In this document: in pieces, positions 54,001-60,000 of the stretch
Position numbering within the stretch: the stretch's first letter is position 1
How the letters are laid out: each line of letters opens with the position of its first letter
Assembly (NCBI GenBank): GCA_964234715.1
Contig: OZ174277.1
Source of the DNA: Podarcis melisellensis
Taxonomy: Eukaryota
DNA length: 64,000 bases
Direction: 5' to 3' (one strand)
The notes under the pieces: model-generated
Told to the model about the DNA's origin: nothing
What the model saw: only the letters and a program-made list of their open reading frames with translations
The model's database searches: none
Made by a program: the position numbers and the translations under genes

Positions 54001-57000
54001 TCTAGCAGTCACTGCCTTATAAGGGATTATTTAAACTTCATTTAATTCATTTCACTGTATTTCTAGATAGTATCTGCTCAGTGGAAAATATGGATAGGTC
54101 TTCTAAAATGTTTGTGATTTTCCAGTATAAACAATTCCTTGCAGTAGTGCATGATGTAGTTCAGTAGCATTGATAGTGTATGCTGCTTGTTTTTCTTCAA
54201 AATAATAATAATTCAAAATAACACAAAGGGCAGCTTCCAGTTGGTTGATTTGTATCTGTTTAAGGAAACAATGTGAACTGGCATTTCTTCAACCTTTACT
54301 CCGTGCAAAATGGGATGTTTCTGCTCCAAGTCATGACAAACTGATACAGGCATTTGACGGAATGCATTTTTAAGAAACCTTTCTCGAAGAATATTTCTTG
54401 ATCAATCTGAAAATAAATTATTTGCATTCCATCTTTTATATTTTTACCTTTTGCCATATGTCATAAATAGTAGCGGATGTCAACTTTGTTGCTGAACTGG
54501 GTCATATTTAATGTCTGGGATCTCATTTTGTTGAGAAAGATTAAACATTCAAAGTTATTTGGTGGTGGTGTTTAATTGGAAACATGTCATGTCACATTGA
54601 AGAACCTTACTAGGTAAGGCAAGGGAACTAACTTTTATTTCTCATATGGCTTCCCCATAGGTTTTTTAGTACCTTATGACAAATGCTTCTTCAATGTGAC
54701 AAAGGAAAAACATCCAATAATGCATTGTTAATGTTTAAAAATAATATAGCGTGCATAATAAAGATGACAATACTGTTTATCCCTAAAGCAGGCACAGTTA
54801 CTAACCAAAGCAGGCCACAAAGCCACAGCAGTGGAGAATTTAGCCTGCTTCATGAGCATGACGCATGGTCCAGCAGCAGCAGCAGTCCCATCCAGTATTT
54901 GAAAAGCCATGCCAGGTCTAGCCCCATGCTCCATCCTAAAATGTCAGAAACAATGGATAGACAAGGAACGCACAGAATTAAAACGGACTCCCCTGGAAGT
55001 GAAGTGGTTACTCTGCAGCAGTTCTTGGAAGAAAGTAATAAAGGTACTTCGGCTGAGGTACGTTGAAAAGCTACTTAATTTCACTTGGCAAAACATAAAG
55101 CTGCAAAACTTAGTGCACTTTTTAGGTTGCACAAGAAAATCTGGTGGTGACTTTACATTTGTAAAGGCCAGAATTCAGAATTAAGTTGGTTGGGAAAATT
55201 AATTGACACATAGGGCAGGAATTTAAGTAACATTATGAGACAGGGAAAGAGAAAACGAACCTTTTCTGAGAGAAGAGCAAATCTCCTGTAGAGCAGTCTT
55301 TCAGGAATGAATGAGCTAATTTATAAATATAAATTAATTTTTCTTAGGCAGAGTGTGGGTGCTCATTCTCTGAACCAAAACTATAAGGTGTGAGTCGTTG
55401 TTGTTTTTGTTTAGTCGTTTAGTCATGTCCCCCTCTTCGTGACCCCAATAGTGAGTCAATAGTACTACACAAAAGGCCTACACAAAATTGTTGTCAGGTC
55501 TGCTGCAGTCTGTGATCCAAAGAGCAATGGGGTGGGTATTTGCAAGCTCTAAAGAATTTTTCCAACACCCATGGCAGATTACATTTATCTTCAGACAGTA
55601 CCATAGCCAAAGCAACTCAAAAGTTACACTTTTAATCTCGACTTTTCTGCATTGCTTGTGAAATGCTTTGGACTGTGTCTTAACCACGTGCTTTGCACTG
55701 AAGAGATAAAGACTAATTGAAGAGCTATCTGACTATAGCATTTTCACCTACCCACCCCAAAATCTCCAGTGTGTATTTGCCATCATGATTGAACTGTGTC
55801 TTCCAGCCCATTCTATTTCTGTATCAAGGAAACAAGTGGCTGTATGCTGATGCCAAGTTCTAAAGCATTAAAATAACCTTGGAATAAAATGATGTACTTA
55901 ATTTAAATAATAATGTGATTTCGGTGTTTATTTTTTAAATTGGAATAATTTAATTCTTGTCTGTCCGGTCTCACATATAATAGCCTTTTCAAAGATAGAT
56001 AATATGGGTATACAATCAATTTATTACCTTTTCCACTGTTTTGAAACAGACCCACTCATTTTCTCAGCTATTTATTAATAACAGTATAAACTTTTTGCCT
56101 GGCGACTGCTCAAATGCCACAATCCGTCTGAAATAAGGTGCATTTGTGTTTAGGTGATTGGTTCTTAAATGAGCCTTAAAAAGGAAAGGCGGTCTTGTTC
56201 TTTTCTTATATCTTGGATATTTTCCAAGGACTCCAACTGGCAATTCCAAATCCGGAAGTCCACACAATGATTTCAGGCTTAGGCACTCCTGTACATGATG
56301 TTCAGATTGCTAAGGAAGTTGTTTAAACAGTCAGTGAGAAAGTTATGGGATAGATCTGAAAGTGAAATGGCCATCATTGGTTGAGCCTTTTGATGTTGGA
56401 GGAGAAGGGATATTTGCGTAAATGTTAAAATAAATGGAAATATTCACAGAAATCAAAATGTCAAGGTAGGAATGTTTATTTTCAGTACGTTTATGCATTT
56501 AAAATTGAAAAAAGAAATTGTGGCTTTTCTATTATTAAGTAAAACTACTAAACCTGGGTGATACCATATGTATCAAGGATTTCCATTATTTTGAACTGCA
56601 TCATGGTTATGCATGTTTGTGCTGTCGAAGTATGAAACACTCTCTTGCAGAAACATTAAGAAACAAAGCAGCAGATAATGAATTAACTTATTTGGATATC
56701 TTTTGCAGCTCAAGTCCTCAAGCCAAGATAATCTTTTGGATGAAGTGATGAAATTTTTTTCTGAAAATGCTGAATTAGTCGGAAGAGATAAATTAAGAAA
56801 ACAGTCATCAGGCAGCGGTGGTATTGCCAGATCACAGAGTGTGAAAACCACAATGGAGTTCTCCGATGGAAAGTCAGCTAAACAAGGACACCTTACAAGG
56901 CCCAGCTCGCGTAGAATGGAAGATGCCAACTTTGCAAACTCTTCAAAAACGCTTACAGCAGGCACTAAAGGAAGGGCCAGGTCTGTTAAAGAAAGTGTAC

Positions 57001-60000
57001 AATCACAACGACAATCAAAAGATTGTAATCCTTATGCTACTTTACCTCGTGCAAGCAGTGTGATTTCGACTGCAGAAGGAACGACTCGGAGGACAAGCAT
57101 CCATGATTTTTTGTCTAAGGACACTAGGCAGCCAGTATCAATTGATCCAACTCCACCTACAGGTGACAGAAGCGTCCCATCAGCTTCTAGTGAGTACAAT
57201 CCCCAACAACACTCCTCTGTTTTTCATTATCCCCCTTTTCCTTCAGTTACCTCGTCAGAAAATGACTTGGGTAGGATAGCTACGCTAGATAATTCTACAT
57301 GTAAATCAGAAAAGGCTAGGAGTTCAAGAGCAGACAAGACAAATTCTATTACTAAAACATTTTCTTGTAGTAATGTGTACAATGAGAAAATGGGCACATC
57401 AACAAGCATTATAGGTAAGTTGTCTGCAGTCCGTTTGTCCAGGCCATTTTTGGCCCTCAACACCGAATTAGTCAGCAATGTTAGTGGACTGCCCCAAATG
57501 CCTGTATCAAAGACAACTGATAAGACATTTGATTCATCTGTGAAATCTCCACAGAATGATCACAAACTACCTTCTGAGAATCAGAAATCATCTGATGGCA
57601 GAAATGTAGAGATGAGTCAGAATAGTGGTGAATCTACACCACTTACCCATTCAAATGCTAGTGATAGTAAAATACCATCACCCGTTTCTGAAGATACTCA
57701 GACTGTTTGGTATGAATATGGTTGTGTATGATAAACATATATAATATTAAGTAAATCTCTGCTACACATTGTGGATGTTCTTGTTAATGTTAATAGATTT
57801 AGACTATATTTAATTTTACTAGCCATGATAGTAACTAGGTGTACATAGTTTTTCTCAAAATGGAGATGGAGAATTCACCTTTACCCCCTTAGCATGTGAA
57901 TGAATGTACAATTGTAACCATGCCAAAGCTTGCATGAAACATTAACTGCACTGTATAATTTCTGCATGCCTTTTAAAAGCCTTAATAATAAAAGCTAACT
58001 GTATTTTATTTTCTATTTGTTATAAATATTTTATTTTCTATACATTACTGGATGCATGCTAACCAGTTGCATGGTGCTGTGCCAGAAACAGCACAAAAAA
58101 ACAGGTAACTTTCAGCAACAGTACATTCAGTTTTTCTTCCTTTCAGAGTCCACTTTATCATGTAGATTATACATTTTGGACTCAATTCAACTAAAGCTGC
58201 TTGTGACTGATATAAAATTAATGGAACCAACTCGGCTGTAACTGACTCAAGTCTCATTGCCTAGTGGCTTACAGATCAGTTACATGCATGTTTACTTGGA
58301 AGTAAGCCTCACTTTTGACTTACTTCCTAGTAGGTGTGTTTGGAATTAAATCTTAGCTTTGACAAGCTTTAGCTGGATTGGGGCCTTTTTGTATCAGTGT
58401 CCTTTCCCTGTTTTGCTGGTGAAAAACTGCAGGAGGCCCCTCTGCACCTCTAGCTTTTTACTTTGGACGTATACAAATTCTACTTAATAAATGAGCCATT
58501 CTCAAAATAGTGACTATAGTTTGCACACTGAATGTGTACTACCATTCATGCTGATAAAACATCAAGGTTTGGAATCCTAAACAGTGGGCCTTTTCTGTTT
58601 AATGATACATAACTAAATGTAGTTTCGTTGGAAAAGTTGACCCTCTTCATCTTTCCCTTTTATGTGCTTTTCCCGTCCCATGCTTGATGTATTTACATGG
58701 TCATGGTGTTGTCTCGTCGATAGAGCTTTATCTGAATCTTTATTATATAGCTTTTAATGGATTTTTACAGTGTATTAAAATAAAAAATAAACTGGTATTA
58801 CGGTATTCTTATTTTCTGTTCAGGGATGTGATAGTGAATTAGAAAATGATGCACAAAATGTTTTTTTTAAATTGGCCTGATGGTCCAAAATGCTGCTTTA
58901 GACATGTCCAAGGTCTTGGGTTGACAGCTTTCTTTGAGAAAGTAGAATTCCATGCCATATTAAAAGTTGGGTTTAAAGAACTCTGATTTTATTTTATTTT
59001 TCCTTCTTTTTTGCCCTTAGCCAAGATGCTTCATTTTCTAAAATAGTAAACAGTACAGCCTGTGGTTCAGGGAGCTTCTGGGTTCTCCAGGTAGGGTGGG
59101 AAACAACTCCCATGTGAAATCTTGGAGAACTGCTGTATCAGTACAGGCAGCAATGAGCTAGGTGGATCATTGGACTGGCTTTGGTCAAGACAGCTTCCTA
59201 TATTGATTAACTATTCAAGAAATAAAAGCTTAAAGACATTTTGGACTACAGAACAACTTGAGAGTCTAGTGACCAGAACATGGTGCATCTAAACCAATTT
59301 TCGTAGTTGCAATAAACCCTAATGCAACATGAGCTTGTTTGAAAGCAAAGAGTTATTGTGGGTTAAATTCCAAAATCGTTCAGTGAATAAGAATCCACAG
59401 GTACTTCAGGTAAAAGCATGGGCTACTTTCAGCATGCTTTAAGCTTGGGCACAACTATTTGGAATTTCTTCTTCTTTGAACAGCAGGAACACCCCTGTGC
59501 CACATCACACTATCCATCTCTAAGAGTTCCCTCACCTTCAGTAGTGATTTGCCATGGGATGTGGTGGACCGTTGTTCATGAAAATAAGCACGAAGCCCCT
59601 TTGCATGCACAAAACTTAGTTTTATAGTTCTTTGGATCCTCAATATGCATCTGTTTCTTTTTAGGAAAGTAGAAGTTATTAGCTGCTGGGTGACCTTGGG
59701 CCAGTCACACTTCTTTGAAGTCTCTCAGCCCCACTCACCACACAGAGTGTTTGTTGTGAGGGAGGAAGGGAAAGGAGAATGTTAGCCGCTTTGAGACTCC
59801 TGAAGGGGAGCGAAAGGCGGGATATCAAATCCAAACTCTTCTTATAATAAGTGAGTTGTTTAAAAGTTGCATTAGGAAAAATAAATTTCTGGGAAAATGA
59901 AAAATGCCTTTCCTGATTTTGATTGGCAGCCTATTTGGAGACTGAAGATTGCTGCTTTACTCTCAGGAGCAGCAAAATCAGAATGCTACAGGAAAAACTC

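Noticed and set aside
58285-58290. Fifth TGCATG near the RBFOX cluster
   Set aside because: Lies inside a dispersed palindromic repeat, so not counted.
59021-59090. AG...GT-bounded 70-nt segment in intron 31
   Set aside because: The donor comes from a SINE and the segment shifts frame; no other support.
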